A stretch of 45,927 nucleotides of DNA from a bacterium (lineage in GTDB: Bacteria; Patescibacteriota; Patescibacteriia; JAZDGP01): contig JAZDGP010000016.1 in assembly GCA_043806935.1 (NCBI GenBank), positions 1 to 45,927 of the forward strand, written 5' to 3'. Positions 6,972 to 17,754 of this stretch are shown one piece after another. Each line of letters opens with the position of its first letter. Positions within the stretch are counted from its first letter, which is position 1. The position numbers were made by a program, and so were the translations under genes. The notes under the pieces were generated by a model. It saw only the letters and a list, made by a program, of their open reading frames with translations. It was not told the DNA's origin and did no database searches.

Positions 6972-9062
6972 TTACTTCTTCCCTCTTTCCGTAATAATCG
7001 TCTCAGCCACGTTCTTAGGCACTTCCTCGTAACGGCCAAACTCCATGGAATAGCTTCCTCTGCCTTGAGTCATAGAACGCAACGCGGTGGCATAACCAAA
7101 CATAGTGGATAGAGGGACATCTGCGTACACTGCTTTGCCTCCGCCAGGACGGTCTATCATCTCACGGATCTGACCACGTTTGGCATTGAGATCTCCTATC
7201 ACATCGCCCATGTACTCTTCAGGAATAACCACTTCCACCTTCATAATAGGCTCTAAGATGATAGGATTTGCTTTCCTAAAAGCGTCCTGGAACGCTATTG
7301 ATCCAGCCACTTTAAACGCAGCTTCAGAAGAGTCCACGTCATGGTACGAACCGTCATAAACAGCGGCCCTGACATTAATGACAGGAAAACCAGCTAACAC
7401 TCCGTTCTGCATCGCTTCCTTAATTCCTTTGTTAATAGGCTGTATAAATTCTCTAGGAATAGATCCTCCCTTAATCTCGTCCACAAACTCGTACGTCTCT
7501 CCTGTTTCAGACTTGAGCGGCTCTACTCTTAACCAGCAATGGCCGTACTGCCCTCTTCCCCCTGACTGCTTGATATACTTGCCTTCAGCCTGCGCTGTGC
7601 CTTTAATAGTTTCTTTATACGCTACTTGAGGTTTCCCTACGTTCGCTTCCACCTTAAACTCCCGTTTCATCCTCTCCACAATAATATCCAAATGCAGCTC
7701 TCCCATGCCTGCTATAATCGTCTGCCCAGTTTCCTGGTCAGTCCTGACCCTAAAGGTCGGATCCTCTTCAGCTAGTTTCTGCAAAGCCATTCCCATCTTC
7801 TCCTGGTCAGCTTTAGTCTTAGGCTCCACTGCCAAGTCAATGACTGGCTCTGGGAAGACAATGGATTCCAATAATACTTGCCTGTCTTCCGCGCATAACG
7901 TGTTGCCTGTAGTCGTTCCTTTCAATCCCACGATAGCGGCAATCTCTCCAGCATAAACTTCGTCCACGTCCTCTCTAGAATTAGCGTGCAGCCTTACGAT
8001 TCTTCCAACACGTTCTTTCTCTCCAGTAGTTGTGTTAACGACATAGGAACCAGCTTGTAAAATGCCAGAATAAGTTCTAAAGAATATTAATTTGCCTACA
8101 AAAGGATCAGTAGCGACCTTAAAGGCTAAAGCACAAAATGGTTCATTGTCAGCTGGATGAATCTCCACAAGTTTATCATGGTCAATAAGATCATGGGCTT
8201 TAAGCGGAGGCACATCCAAGGGGCTTGGCAAATAGTCAATGACAGCGTCCAGCATCTTTTGCACTCCCTTGTTCTTAAGAGCTGAACCGCATAACACCGG
8301 CACGATCTTATTGGCAATCGTCCCTTTGCGCAAACCTTTTTTCAATTCCTCAACAGTCAATTCCTGCCCGTTCAAAAACTTCTCTACCAGATCATCGTCA
8401 GCCCCGGCAATCGCTTCCACCAGTTCTTTCCTATATTTCTCAACCGTCTCTTTCATCTCAGCCGGCACCTCTGTTTCCTCCACATCCTTCCCTAAATCAT
8501 CTCTGTAGTAATAAGCTTTCCTTACCAAGAGATCCACAATCCCCTGAAATGTTTCCGCGGCTCCAATCGGCAATTGGATTGGATGAGCGTTCTTGGTCAG
8601 ACGGTCATGAATGGATTTTAAATCAAAAGAAAAATCAGCTCCCATCCTGTCCATCTTGTTGATAAAAGCCAGCCTAGGCACTCCATAATCGTCAGCATAA
8701 CGCCAATTGGTTTCTGACTGCGATTCCACTCCAGCAACGCCATCAAAAACAACCACGCCTCCGTCTAACACTCTTAAACTCCGTTTCACTTCCACCGTGA
8801 AATCAATATGCCCGGGAGTGTCAATAAGGTTAATGCGGTAATCATTCCAAAAACAGGTAGTGGCAGCCGCCGTGATAGTAATCCCACGTTCCTGTTCCTG
8901 CTCCATCCAGTCCATTGTAGCTTCTCCTTCATGCACTTCCCCTATCTTATGCTTCTTGCCTGTATAAAACAAAACACGCTCTGATACCGTGGTCTTGCCA
9001 GCGTCAATGTGAGCTATAATGCCGATATTTCTGGTTTTTTCCAATGAATATTGCCGTGGCAT
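6972..9062 (-). CDS. fusA: Elongation factor G
   Basis: 696 aa. It has the [10 protein letters not shown]1 motif and the DTPGH G3 motif, and full-length EF-G architecture downstream of rpsG. Confidence 0.97.
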   Translation of the reverse strand: MPRQYSLEKTRNIGIIAHIDAGKTTVSERVLFYTGKKHKIGEVHEGEATMDWMEQEQERGITITAAATTCFWNDYRINLIDTPGHIDFTVEVKRSLRVLDGGVVVFDGVAGVESQSETNWRYADDYGVPRLAFINKMDRMGADFSFDLKSIHDRLTKNAHPIQLPIGAAETFQGIVDLLVRKAYYYRDDLGKDVEETEVPAEMKETVEKYRKELVEAIAGADDDLVEKFLNGQELTVEELKKGLRKGTIANKIVPVLCGSALKNKGVQKMLDAVIDYLPSPLDVPPLKAHDLIDHDKLVEIHPADNEPFCALAFKVATDPFVGKLIFFRTYSGILQAGSYVVNTTTGEKERVGRIVRLHANSREDVDEVYAGEIAAIVGLKGTTTGNTLCAEDRQVLLESIVFPEPVIDLAVEPKTKADQEKMGMALQKLAEEDPTFRVRTDQETGQTIIAGMGELHLDIIVERMKREFKVEANVGKPQVAYKETIKGTAQAEGKYIKQSGGRGQYGHCWLRVEPLKSETGETYEFVDEIKGGSIPREFIQPINKGIKEAMQNGVLAGFPVINVRAAVYDGSYHDVDSSEAAFKVAGSIAFQDAFRKANPIILEPIMKVEVVIPEEYMGDVIGDLNAKRGQIREMIDRPGGGKAVYADVPLSTMFGYATALRSMTQGRGSYSMEFGRYEEVPKNVAETIITERGKK

Positions 9063-9114
9063 ATGTGATTATTTATAAAAAAGGCTATTTACTGTCCAAA
9101 GATAGAAATACTAC

Positions 9115-9588
9115 TTACCTCATGATAGCAAAGTGAGCGAATGCCCTGTTGGCTTCCGCCATCTTGTGCACGTCTTGTTTCTTCTTAAACGCTTCTCCCT
9201 GCTCCTGGGAAGCTAACATCAATTCCTCTGCCAGCTTCTCGGCCATGGGCTTGCCTTTCTTGCTTGTAGCAGCCGTGATAATCCATCTAAACGTTAAGGT
9301 CTGTTTCCTGTCTCCAGAGACTGGGATCGGCACTTGGTAATTAGCTCCTCCAACCCTGCGGCTCTTTACTTCAACAACAGGTGAAACATTCTTTAAAGCA
9401 AGATCAAAGACTTCCAAAGGGTCCTGCTTGGTCTTCTGGGAAATGATATCAAAAGCTTTATAGACAATAGTCTGGGCCACTGTCTTTTTCCCCCTCTCCA
9501 TGATGGTATTAATAAACTTAGCGATGATCGGGTTGCCGAACTTCGGATCAGGACTAATAGCTCGCTTTTGCGCTCGTTTGCCTCTCAT
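9115..9588 (-). CDS. rpsG: 30S ribosomal protein S7
   Basis: The track ORF extends to 9660. The true start is the ATG at 9588 (MRGKRAQKRAISPDPKFGN...), 1 nt after the rpsL stop. Confidence 0.95.
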   Translation of the reverse strand: MRGKRAQKRAISPDPKFGNPIIAKFINTIMERGKKTVAQTIVYKAFDIISQKTKQDPLEVFDLALKNVSPVVEVKSRRVGGANYQVPIPVSGDRKQTLTFRWIITAATSKKGKPMAEKLAEELMLASQEQGEAFKKKQDVHKMAEANRAFAHFAIMR

Positions 9589-9589
9589 A

Positions 9590-10009
9590 TTAGCTCTTTG
9601 GTTTCTTAGCTCCGTACAGAGATCGCCCCTGCTTACGGTTAGACACTCCCTGGGTGTCATAAACGCCTCTCACAATGTGGTATCTAACACCAGGCAAGTC
9701 TTTCACCCTTCCGCCTCTTACCAACACAATGGAGTGTTCTTGCAAGTTATGCCCTTCTCCAGGGATGTAAGCTGTTACTTCCATGCCATTGGATAATCTA
9801 ACACGAGCAATCTTCCGTAAAGCAGAGTTAGGCTTCTTAGGGGTCATTGTACGCACTTGCAGGCACACTCCACGCTTCAACGGGTTGCCTTTAGCCATAT
9901 CATGGCGCCTACGCTTTAACACGTCCAAAGACGGCTGCATGGCAGGAGCTTTAGACTTCTTGCTGTTTGATTTCCTTCCCTTTCTGATTAACTGCCGTAT
10001 AGTTGGCAT
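9590..10009 (-). CDS. rpsL: 30S ribosomal protein S12
   Basis: 139 aa. It has [12 protein letters not shown]...[11 protein letters not shown]...[13 protein letters not shown]. Confidence 0.97.
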   Translation of the reverse strand: MPTIRQLIRKGRKSNSKKSKAPAMQPSLDVLKRRRHDMAKGNPLKRGVCLQVRTMTPKKPNSALRKIARVRLSNGMEVTAYIPGEGHNLQEHSIVLVRGGRVKDLPGVRYHIVRGVYDTQGVSNRKQGRSLYGAKKPKS

Positions 10010-10020
10010 AGACTTGGATA

Positions 10021-10049
10021 AAAATAGCAGAAGCTAAGGAAAGGGTCAA
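10021..10049 (-). promoter_or_regulatory. Candidate promoter of the rpsL-rpsG-fusA operon
   Basis: On the minus strand: TTGACC, a 17-nt spacer, TATTTT, then about 11 nt to the ATG. No SD is present. Confidence 0.3.
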
Positions 10050-10129
10050 TAGATTAAGTACTTTTATATCTAACTTGACTTTATTTTAACTTTTAATGAT
10101 AACAAGTATTATTTACTCACTACCGTTTT

Positions 10130-10204
10130 TTATTTCCACCCCTCCACCAACCCCCTAATGCTCCCAGATCCAATCGCCAGTGGTTTTCCTTCCTTCGTGG
10201 GACA
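10130..10204 (-). pseudogene. Relic copy of the murC 3' end (last ~24 codons plus stop)
   Basis: The minus-strand translation is ...CPRKEGKPLAIGSGSIRGLVEGWK*, against the real MurC C-terminus ...KKGGKLLTIGAGSIRGLVEGWK*. The last 48 nt match 10923..10970 at 44/48 positions. No upstream ORF is attached. Confidence 0.6.
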
Positions 10205-10249
10205 ATAGTTTTTTGTGTTTATTATAGTTAAGCAGCGACTCTACTTAAC

Positions 10250-10855
10250 TCAGAGCCGCTGTTTTATAATCTCAAAAAGATCGTCAAGACCTTTTTTATC
10301 AGAGAAGGCATGATCGGAGTTTGGTAAAAGCGTATAACTAGATTGTCCGATACAGGAATGGTAACTTCCAGCGACCAGATATCCACCGCGTCCAGCGCCA
10401 ACAATATGTATATCTTTTTTCTTTGCGTGTTGCGCGGCTTTTTCAATCGATGGCGCAAGAGAGAGAGATTCAACGAACTCGGGCGATAATTCCACTTGGC
10501 TTTGTCCATCATCGTATATCAACGTACCGTCACGATACCGTATGTTTGGAATAACTATGTCCGCAATCGCCAGAGACGGTTCAACTAATAACAAAGGGTA
10601 TGAATTCTGAAGTTGCAAAGCAACGTACGCGCCCAGACTGTGGGCAATAATCATTGTTGGATTATTACGATGGACTATTTCTTCAATTCTTTCTACTTCT
10701 TTCTGGAATGAATAAGAGCCAAATTGCACGCGCTGATACAGCTCGACCCCTTCATAGGCACACTTTTGTTCTTCAAGAAATCGTTGTATTTCTCTGTATA
10801 GATAACTGTCTGCGTTTTCAAATAACCCATGTATATATGTAATGCGATGGTTCAT
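10250..10855 (-). CDS. Alpha/beta-fold serine hydrolase (orphan)
   Basis: It has the nucleophile elbow IIAHSLGAY and the C-terminal SDHAF histidine. The start was moved to the ATG at 10855 (MNHRITYIHG...) because the track's GTG extension overlaps the murC terminator. Confidence 0.7.
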   Translation of the reverse strand: MNHRITYIHGLFENADSYLYREIQRFLEEQKCAYEGVELYQRVQFGSYSFQKEVERIEEIVHRNNPTMIIAHSLGAYVALQLQNSYPLLLVEPSLAIADIVIPNIRYRDGTLIYDDGQSQVELSPEFVESLSLAPSIEKAAQHAKKKDIHIVGAGRGGYLVAGSYHSCIGQSSYTLLPNSDHAFSDKKGLDDLFEIIKQRL

Positions 10856-10862
10856 GGTTTTA

Positions 10863-10868
10863 ATTATA
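10863..10868 (-). promoter_or_regulatory. TATAAT box 7 nt upstream of the hydrolase ATG (leaderless-type)
   Basis: The minus strand reads cattatacTATAATtaaaaccATG. Confidence 0.4.
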
Positions 10869-10883
10869 GTATAATGCGTAATT

Positions 10884-10920
10884 AAAAACACCTAACGACG
10901 AGAAAATATCCTCATCGTTA
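10884..10920 (-). terminator. Rho-independent terminator after murC
   Basis: The minus-strand RNA is UAACGAUGAG-loop-CUCGUCGUUA (10 bp, with one G.U pair that forms only on this strand), followed by GGUGUUUUU. Confidence 0.55.
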
Positions 10921-10922
10921 TT

Positions 10923-12221
10923 TTATTTCCACCCCTCCACCAATCCCCTAATGCTCCCTGCTCCAATCGTTAATAGCTTTCCACCTTTCTTACTTAACTC
11001 CACCAACATATTTCTCATCTCCTCATTATCATTAGGCACATGCAATTTCATGTCAACAGGCTTTCCTTTTTCAATCTCTCTCCCCAGATCTTCATGAGTA
11101 ATTGGAATATCCTGCTCTCTCCCAGCCACATGGTACAAAGGAGCGATCACTAACTCACTCGGATGGTTATCGTCAAAACAACGGCCAAACTCTTTTAATA
11201 ACGCATTTAACCTTGCTCTCTGGTGAGGCTGGAACACAACAACCAATCGATCATTACCAAACTTCTCCCTAGTTGCCTGCAAAGTAGCTTTAATCTCCGT
11301 TGGATGATGCCCATAATCGTCATACCAATCAAGAGAACCAAACTTTCCCATAAATTCAAACCGTCTGCCAACACCAGGGAAGCTTCTTAACGCCTCTTCA
11401 ATAACCTTGCGCTCTATCCCCAGCGCTTCTCCCACAAGCATAGCCGCTTGTGCGTTTAAACGATTATGCTTGCCTGGAACCATTAATTCAATGTCACTGC
11501 TCTCATACCACTTCACATGATGGCTATTAACAACATCGTGTATATTCACATCACCGTTATAAGCAACCACCAAACCGTCAGGAGGAAGATTATCCAAAAA
11601 CTTCCTAAACGATTCCTTAATCTCATTCAGTCCATTGACGTAATAATCCGTATGATCAAGATCAATGTTGAGTACTACAACGATCTTAGGAAAGAACTGG
11701 TGGAAGCTCCTGTCATACTCGTCGGCTTCTATAACCAAATATTTACTGCCACCGATTCTTGTCTCGTGGTTCCATTCCTTCATTGTCCCGCCCACAAACA
11801 CCGTTGGATCCAATCCAGCTTTCTCCATCATCCAGCCGATCATGGCGGTGGTAGTAGTCTTGCCATGGGTGCCGCAGACAGCAATGGTAAACTTTTCTTT
11901 AGTGATTCTCCCAGTCCATTCCGCCCGTTTGACTACTGGTATGTTCCTCCTCTGTAATTCCAACAGCTCCGGATAACTAGGGCTAGACGGAGTGATCGCT
12001 GAGTTGATAATGGCTTCCGTAATATCAGAAGGTATCTGTTCTGGATGAACTCCATAATGAATAACAGCTCCCTTAGCAGACAACCTGTCTGTTACTAATG
12101 ACGGGGCTAAATCACTGCCAGACACTCTGTAACCTTGCTTTAAAGCCCAGTAAGCCAGCCACTGCATGCCTACTCTGCCAATGCCGACAAGATAGAGATG
12201 TTGTTTTATTTTTGTACTCAC
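10923..12221 (-). CDS. murC: UDP-N-acetylmuramate--L-alanine ligase
   Basis: 432 aa. It has the Mur ligase P-loop GTHGKTTTTAM. The GTG start overlaps the TGA of the upstream giant ORF (GTGA). Confidence 0.93.
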   Translation of the reverse strand: MSTKIKQHLYLVGIGRVGMQWLAYWALKQGYRVSGSDLAPSLVTDRLSAKGAVIHYGVHPEQIPSDITEAIINSAITPSSPSYPELLELQRRNIPVVKRAEWTGRITKEKFTIAVCGTHGKTTTTAMIGWMMEKAGLDPTVFVGGTMKEWNHETRIGGSKYLVIEADEYDRSFHQFFPKIVVVLNIDLDHTDYYVNGLNEIKESFRKFLDNLPPDGLVVAYNGDVNIHDVVNSHHVKWYESSDIELMVPGKHNRLNAQAAMLVGEALGIERKVIEEALRSFPGVGRRFEFMGKFGSLDWYDDYGHHPTEIKATLQATREKFGNDRLVVVFQPHQRARLNALLKEFGRCFDDNHPSELVIAPLYHVAGREQDIPITHEDLGREIEKGKPVDMKLHVPNDNEEMRNMLVELSKKGGKLLTIGAGSIRGLVEGWK

Positions 12222-15200
12222 GGTTTAACAAAAACTGTTTTACCTAATGCTTTGATGGCGTGCTGAGCGCGCTCTGCCAATTGAGGGTTCTCATACACAC
12301 CATCCTCTCCGAGTTCTCTAAACACGTCTTTTATGGCGTCCACGCTCATTCCCCCATTGGGGAAATCGATTCTCCACCTATCTCCGTCCGGTCTTACTAT
12401 AATAGGATGACCGTCAAAATAAGGCTGTCTCTGAGTATCAATAGCCATTTCTTTTAACACGTAACGCTGTAACTGATAATCTTTATTAACCAACGGTCGG
12501 AAAATATATTTGGCGACCAAACCATTATCGTCTTTAGTGATCACTTGCACGTCATACCCTTTAGTCGCTACTTGCATTGTTTCACCTTTAGCCGGCGTAA
12601 ATAAATCTACGCCCTGACACCGCAACACTCCTGTTTTTCCATCAATTTCCATGCCAATGTTTTTAGCCAGATCACTAAATCCTTTACCCAATTGCAAATC
12701 AACATTATTCATTGTTTTTACATTGCGCTCAATGTTTGTCGGGTCGTCTATATAATCTTTTCTCAATTCTGATTCTCTATACGATCTACCAATTTGCTCT
12801 TGTTCATTCATTTTATTATTCTCACTAATATCAATCTTTTGTTCTTTGCCTTCACTTTGTGTTTGTTCAGGAGCTACTGCTTTTGGCGGTAACGTTTCCT
12901 CAACTTGTGATACACCCGTTCCCTCGATTTTTGTTTGCTCTGGCTGATCAGCATTAACCGCGTCGATTATAAAAGACCCAATCTTCGCTCTAACCGCTGG
13001 CGATTGTTTGTCCCACATACTCTCCAAAAATACCCTACGCAACCACTTTATATTGTTCACCCTCTGAGTAACTTTGTTCCCTTTATCTTCCAACCATGTA
13101 TTGTACACTAAATCAAACCGTCTATGATCTTGTTCAGTTATTGGGCCATCTTGCAATTCACCCAAACGGCTAAAAAATTCTTCCTTGGTAGGCTTGCCTT
13201 GAAAAAGAAAATCAACATTATCTCTAGCCAGATTTTCAGCCTTATCAAAAAGAACAGTGTATTGCTTTTCTGGAGATATACTAGTATCAATATTTTGTTT
13301 TTCTGTAGATATTTCCGGTTTAACATCATCTGCTTGTTCTTTAACTTTAGCCTCCGGCTGTTCAGGAGTTTGTTCTGCTGATCCATTCCAATTTTTTATT
13401 GTCTGCCGTAAAGCATTATAACCGCCAGCTCGAACCACTCCCTTGGTACGATAAGCATACCAAGCTTCTTCTGCCGCCTGTTCTTCATTAAATGTTAACT
13501 CTCCGCCTTTCCTACCAGCTAAAGCCTCAATATATTGATCATGAGTGGTGGTCTTTTCTTTTATCATGGAAACGAACTGATCCGTTGCTTTTTCAGCGTC
13601 TGATACCTTATTACCAAGCTCTACCTCTACTCTCTGTCCGTTTATATTAACGGTCTTTGTGCCGGTTGCAACTTCTTCTGGAGTTTCCACTTTCTCCTCT
13701 GGCTGCGCTGCTAACTGGTCAAAAGTCTCTTTTTTTACACCAGTATCTCTCTTCATGCCTCTCATCAACGGAACATCGTCTTGTTTTTTATTTAAATCTT
13801 CATTTTCAGTGGTTATTGTTGGCGTTTCCAATCTTGCTATCGGTTCCATTGGCTGAAGCTTTTCTTGTTCAATCGGCATTTCCCTCAATTTCGTCTCTGG
13901 TTTTATCATTTCCACCTTCTGGCTGCTGGCTGGACGCTCTATCTCTTCCATCATAGTATGCTCAACAGGCACGGTATTAATTTCTGTTGTTTGATTAGCC
14001 TCCTCTTGTTTAAACAGTTTTTCCGTCATTCCCATCGCCAACTTACTAAAAAAATTCTCATTCCTTACTTTAAGCCCAGGGAATACTTTATTAATCTGTC
14101 CTAAATATTCCATTGCTCGTTTATATTCAGGGGTATCACTCACAGTTCCAGGTTGACGATTTTCACTATCTAACAGCTTGAGAGCCACGCCAAGATCAGT
14201 CAATTGACTTAAATTAGTCATATCAAGACCATTTGCTTTTAACTGTTTATACACCTGGTAAATTTCTTCTTCCCGCACATCACCAGTAACCTCATCAAAG
14301 ACAACTGGGCGGTATTTATTAGGGTCTACCAATTCGCCAGTTTTTAAATAATGCAACCAACTCTTCAAATCTTGTTTGGCGATCTCATTGTTTTTAAACT
14401 CTTGATGTAATACTGCTTCTGGTATGTGCCCCGCTATTTCTGGTTTATCAGATAATCCCACCAGAGTCTCTTTCTCCTTTTGGCCAGGGGCTGGTAATTC
14501 TTCTGTCGCCACCATACTTTTTTCTGTTACCGGCTGATCGGTAGCTATATCATTATGGGATCCTGGCGCTTCAAACAGTTTGCTGATCTCCCGCGGAGCG
14601 ATCCGTTCAAGGCTTTTTCCTTGGTAAAAACCGACTCCGTCTTCATCTCTCCAAATTTGCACCGTTCTTGATAAGTCACCGTGTTTGATTTCCACTTCCT
14701 GGCTCCCTGGTGCGACTTTGATTTCATAGCCCTCCGGCAGCCGATCCGCTCCGCTCTTGGGATCATACTTGATAAAATCTTTACCAGTCAGGGCGTAAAT
14801 CACTCCTTCCTTCATCTGCACCGGTTGCTTTTGCCACCCTGCAATCGCTGATTCAATTTCTTTAGTCTTGTCTTCCGGCAATTGCTCAGCTGACGTCAGA
14901 TGGTCAGGGACAATAGAACCGCCAACATTACTCCGTACAGCCGCACGCAACGCTTCATTGCCAGACAGAACGTTATACGCCGCTTGTTGTTCTTTCCCAA
15001 CTCCTTCAACAGTTGGAGTTGTTAAAACTGTAGCTACACTTTCTTGTTTTGACGTTACGATTGGCGTTTCAGTGGTTGATTTTGAAACATTTGGTAAATG
15101 TTCTTCTACTCTAACGCCAGTCTCCATATCTAAATGAGATGTTTCATGTATTCTCTTTAAATTAATAACTTCATTATCAGTTGGTACTTTCCCTAGTATT

Positions 15201-17587
15201 GACGCTGTATTAGTATTATTTTCAACCGCATTCGATGGTGCTGGTGGCATTTCTTCTGTTTTACTAGTTGTCCCTTCAACAATGTTAGTCTTTGTTGCCA
15301 TTTCATGTATTCCTCTTAATTTAGCACCCGTATCCTTTTCCATAATCCCAACTTTTAATCTTTCAACAGTGTCTTCTTCTGATGCTGATTCTGTCTGTAT
15401 GTCAGTCTTTACTTCATCCGCAGGACTTTCAGTTTTCTTTTGTTCCAATAATATTCCCAACGCTGTTGCTTTATCTTTATCCGCTACCTTGCCGTACTCA
15501 ATAGGGCGATCACTCACAGCGGTTCTTTGCGCCAATATTTCTTCCTTGGAAACACCGCCTACGTTCATATTCAAAGACGTGTCTAACGGTTTTATCGCCT
15601 CAGCTCCAGTTGCTTGGCTTGGCCCAGCCTGTGAGAACAAAGAATCTATCCATTGGTGAATTTCACGCGCCCCAGTTTTGACCATACCGATCCTAGATAT
15701 TCTATCCACGTTGTTCATGTAGACGTTCAAAGGATTGATTTCGTCCCTAACCAACCCTTTGCCAAATTGCTCCCGCAAAGCCGGATGCAAGTCATCAATA
15801 TGTATTTTAACCGGAGTAGTGAGCCGTTCTATAAAACTTCCTCCATGTCCCCCTATAGCTGCCATTGTAGGCGCCAACAAAGATAACCCTTGCGCTCCTA
15901 AGCTAAACACTCCCATGCCAGCTTGGACCACTCCCAAAGACTTTCCAGTCTTAGTCTTACCTTCTTTAATGGTCTTTAACGCTTTAGCTATAGGCTCCAA
16001 GTACGCTCCATACAACTTTTCTTTCAATCCCTCTTTATCCGTCTGTTTCATGATCCTCTCTACCGCTCCAGCTCCCAGCCCCACCAACCCTCTGGCTGCC
16101 AAAAATCCGCTCCATGTAAGAGCTCCGTTCAAAGCATAACGGGCGTTAGCAGCCCACTGCCCTTTAATCTTCACGTACCGTTCTGTCGCTTCATTCACCT
16201 GTTTCTTTACGTCCTTAGTAACCTCCGCGTACCTCAATTCATTATTTCCTAAAATCTTGTCCAGTGATCCCTGTTTTTTCACCTTCTCTTCAGGACTTAA
16301 TTTCTGGAAATCTTCATATGCTTCACGGCTCAACGCCAATTCCCTCTTGCCATACATATATTCCGCTTCAACTAACAATTTTTTCTTGTCATCGTTATAC
16401 ACTCCCATCGCTTCAATCTCTTCCAACCGTTTGTGGTAACTCTCCTGCCTCTGCCTGTCTTTCATAGCTTGTACCTCTGGACCGCGCAGCAATCTAGCAA
16501 CTTCTCTCCTCATCTCTTTCCTCTGTTGTGGAGTCAAATTAACGTTATTCCTAATCTCTTCAGTAAGCTCCCTATACTTCCCCAATGTCTGTTTAAACTT
16601 CTCTGTTCCCTCTTTAGGCGTCTCTTGCCTCAACACACCAGACAGTTCTTCCATCTTTTCTTTCACAGCTCCACGCTGTTCATAAGACCGCGCTAATTGC
16701 CCGCCTTCAGTCGTCTGCAGCCAAGTCCTCATCTTCTCCATCCATGGCTTGTCCCCCTTGCCAAGCACTGAATAAAGACCTGCGGTAGCCGCGTTCTCCA
16801 CCAGCTTCCAACCGGAAACCTTAGCTGCCATGTCCCAAACAGACATACCCAGCTTTACTGCCACTAACTTACCAGCATTCTCTTGTTGTAGCTGTTCAGC
16901 TTTAGTTTTCTTCCTTTCCTTCTTTGGTTCTGTTCCTACTTTATCCAAAAACTGCTGCCATTCATATTGTTTTTCATGTTCCTCCTCTTGTTTTTCTTCC
17001 TTCCTCTTTTGTTCTTTCTTTTCTTCGTGCTCCTCTAAAAGTCTCTCGTATGATTGCTGGGCTAATTCTTTTAATCGTTCCTCTTCTGCTTGTAATTTAC
17101 TCCTTTCCGTTTGCAACACTGACATCTTCTCTTCCAAATCTCGCAATAAATCTTTCCTTCCCCCTTGGCTAGCTTCATACTCACGTTCTAACCGTTCCAG
17201 CTTCGCTTCCACTTTGTTCCGTTTCTCCCTTGGCGTCTCTTCTCCCTTTTTCTTATACTGATTAAAATTCGTCAACGACAGTCCCACAGTCTTTACTCCA
17301 CCGTCTCCCACATCCAAAGAATAATCCACCACATCTTTGTTTATCTTATTCCATTCCTCTTCCGCGGCTCCAAATGCGTGCTTCATCCCTGTTTTTATAG
17401 CAATCTTCTTTTGTTCATCTTTAACATAGGAAAAATCCTCCAGCTTCCCTATCGCCTGGTTGAGTTCTTCTAAAGATTTTTTACGCACTTCGTCCATTCG
17501 TTTGATTACCTGTTCCTTAGTAATCAACTCTCCTTCCTTCCCATCTGTTTTCTTCTCCAGTGCTACTATCGATTCTTTCTTAGCCAT
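12218..17587 (-). CDS. Giant 1,789-aa hypothetical protein (K/E-rich coiled-coil N-terminus, Gly/Ala-rich hydrophobic segments, low-complexity linker, globular C-terminus)
   Basis: The ORF is uninterrupted for 5.4 kb. All antisense ORFs within it are short and low-complexity. It is translationally coupled to murC. No catalytic motif was recognised. Confidence 0.8.
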   Translation of the reverse strand: MAKKESIVALEKKTDGKEGELITKEQVIKRMDEVRKKSLEELNQAIGKLEDFSYVKDEQKKIAIKTGMKHAFGAAEEEWNKINKDVVDYSLDVGDGGVKTVGLSLTNFNQYKKKGEETPREKRNKVEAKLERLEREYEASQGGRKDLLRDLEEKMSVLQTERSKLQAEEERLKELAQQSYERLLEEHEEKKEQKRKEEKQEEEHEKQYEWQQFLDKVGTEPKKERKKTKAEQLQQENAGKLVAVKLGMSVWDMAAKVSGWKLVENAATAGLYSVLGKGDKPWMEKMRTWLQTTEGGQLARSYEQRGAVKEKMEELSGVLRQETPKEGTEKFKQTLGKYRELTEEIRNNVNLTPQQRKEMRREVARLLRGPEVQAMKDRQRQESYHKRLEEIEAMGVYNDDKKKLLVEAEYMYGKRELALSREAYEDFQKLSPEEKVKKQGSLDKILGNNELRYAEVTKDVKKQVNEATERYVKIKGQWAANARYALNGALTWSGFLAARGLVGLGAGAVERIMKQTDKEGLKEKLYGAYLEPIAKALKTIKEGKTKTGKSLGVVQAGMGVFSLGAQGLSLLAPTMAAIGGHGGSFIERLTTPVKIHIDDLHPALREQFGKGLVRDEINPLNVYMNNVDRISRIGMVKTGAREIHQWIDSLFSQAGPSQATGAEAIKPLDTSLNMNVGGVSKEEILAQRTAVSDRPIEYGKVADKDKATALGILLEQKKTESPADEVKTDIQTESASEEDTVERLKVGIMEKDTGAKLRGIHEMATKTNIVEGTTSKTEEMPPAPSNAVENNTNTASILGKVPTDNEVINLKRIHETSHLDMETGVRVEEHLPNVSKSTTETPIVTSKQESVATVLTTPTVEGVGKEQQAAYNVLSGNEALRAAVRSNVGGSIVPDHLTSAEQLPEDKTKEIESAIAGWQKQPVQMKEGVIYALTGKDFIKYDPKSGADRLPEGYEIKVAPGSQEVEIKHGDLSRTVQIWRDEDGVGFYQGKSLERIAPREISKLFEAPGSHNDIATDQPVTEKSMVATEELPAPGQKEKETLVGLSDKPEIAGHIPEAVLHQEFKNNEIAKQDLKSWLHYLKTGELVDPNKYRPVVFDEVTGDVREEEIYQVYKQLKANGLDMTNLSQLTDLGVALKLLDSENRQPGTVSDTPEYKRAMEYLGQINKVFPGLKVRNENFFSKLAMGMTEKLFKQEEANQTTEINTVPVEHTMMEEIERPASSQKVEMIKPETKLREMPIEQEKLQPMEPIARLETPTITTENEDLNKKQDDVPLMRGMKRDTGVKKETFDQLAAQPEEKVETPEEVATGTKTVNINGQRVEVELGNKVSDAEKATDQFVSMIKEKTTTHDQYIEALAGRKGGELTFNEEQAAEEAWYAYRTKGVVRAGGYNALRQTIKNWNGSAEQTPEQPEAKVKEQADDVKPEISTEKQNIDTSISPEKQYTVLFDKAENLARDNVDFLFQGKPTKEEFFSRLGELQDGPITEQDHRRFDLVYNTWLEDKGNKVTQRVNNIKWLRRVFLESMWDKQSPAVRAKIGSFIIDAVNADQPEQTKIEGTGVSQVEETLPPKAVAPEQTQSEGKEQKIDISENNKMNEQEQIGRSYRESELRKDYIDDPTNIERNVKTMNNVDLQLGKGFSDLAKNIGMEIDGKTGVLRCQGVDLFTPAKGETMQVATKGYDVQVITKDDNGLVAKYIFRPLVNKDYQLQRYVLKEMAIDTQRQPYFDGHPIIVRPDGDRWRIDFPNGGMSVDAIKDVFRELGEDGVYENPQLAERAQHAIKALGKTVFVKP

Positions 17588-17589
17588 AC

Positions 17590-17754
17590 TTACATTGTTT
17601 TAAGCTTGTCTAAAATCTTCTTCCGTTCCTGTTCGTTCTCTTCCTTAGTTGCAGCTGCCGCTATTACAAGCCATTCCTTCCAAAGCCTGCTCATCTCCAA
17701 ATGGTACTTCTTATACACCTCTACGATTCTCTTCATTGCTTCCTGATAAATCAT
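17590..17754 (-). CDS. Hypothetical 54-aa protein (below the ORF-track size cutoff)
   Basis: Sequence: MIYQEAMKRIVEVYKKYHLEMSRLWKEWLVIAAAATKEENEQERKKILDKLKTM*. Its ATG overlaps the TGA of the upstream 101-aa ORF (ATGA). Its stop lies 2 nt before the giant ORF start. Confidence 0.4.
   Translation of the reverse strand: MIYQEAMKRIVEVYKKYHLEMSRLWKEWLVIAAAATKEENEQERKKILDKLKTM

Noticed and set aside
9589-9660. N-terminal extensions of track ORFs (rpsG to 9660, gatC to 5078, hydrolase to 10891, membrane protein to 23492, secreted protein to 19583, prfB MLTVLPASAGFF)
   Set aside because: The extensions overlap the upstream gene, a terminator or a promoter. The conserved protein N-termini begin at the internal ATGs used in the feature table.
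9590-10009. About 15-aa insertion in S12 relative to E. coli ([17 protein letters not shown])
   Set aside because: Long-form S12 of about 138 aa is normal in many Gram-positive-type lineages such as Bacillus, so this is not an anomaly.
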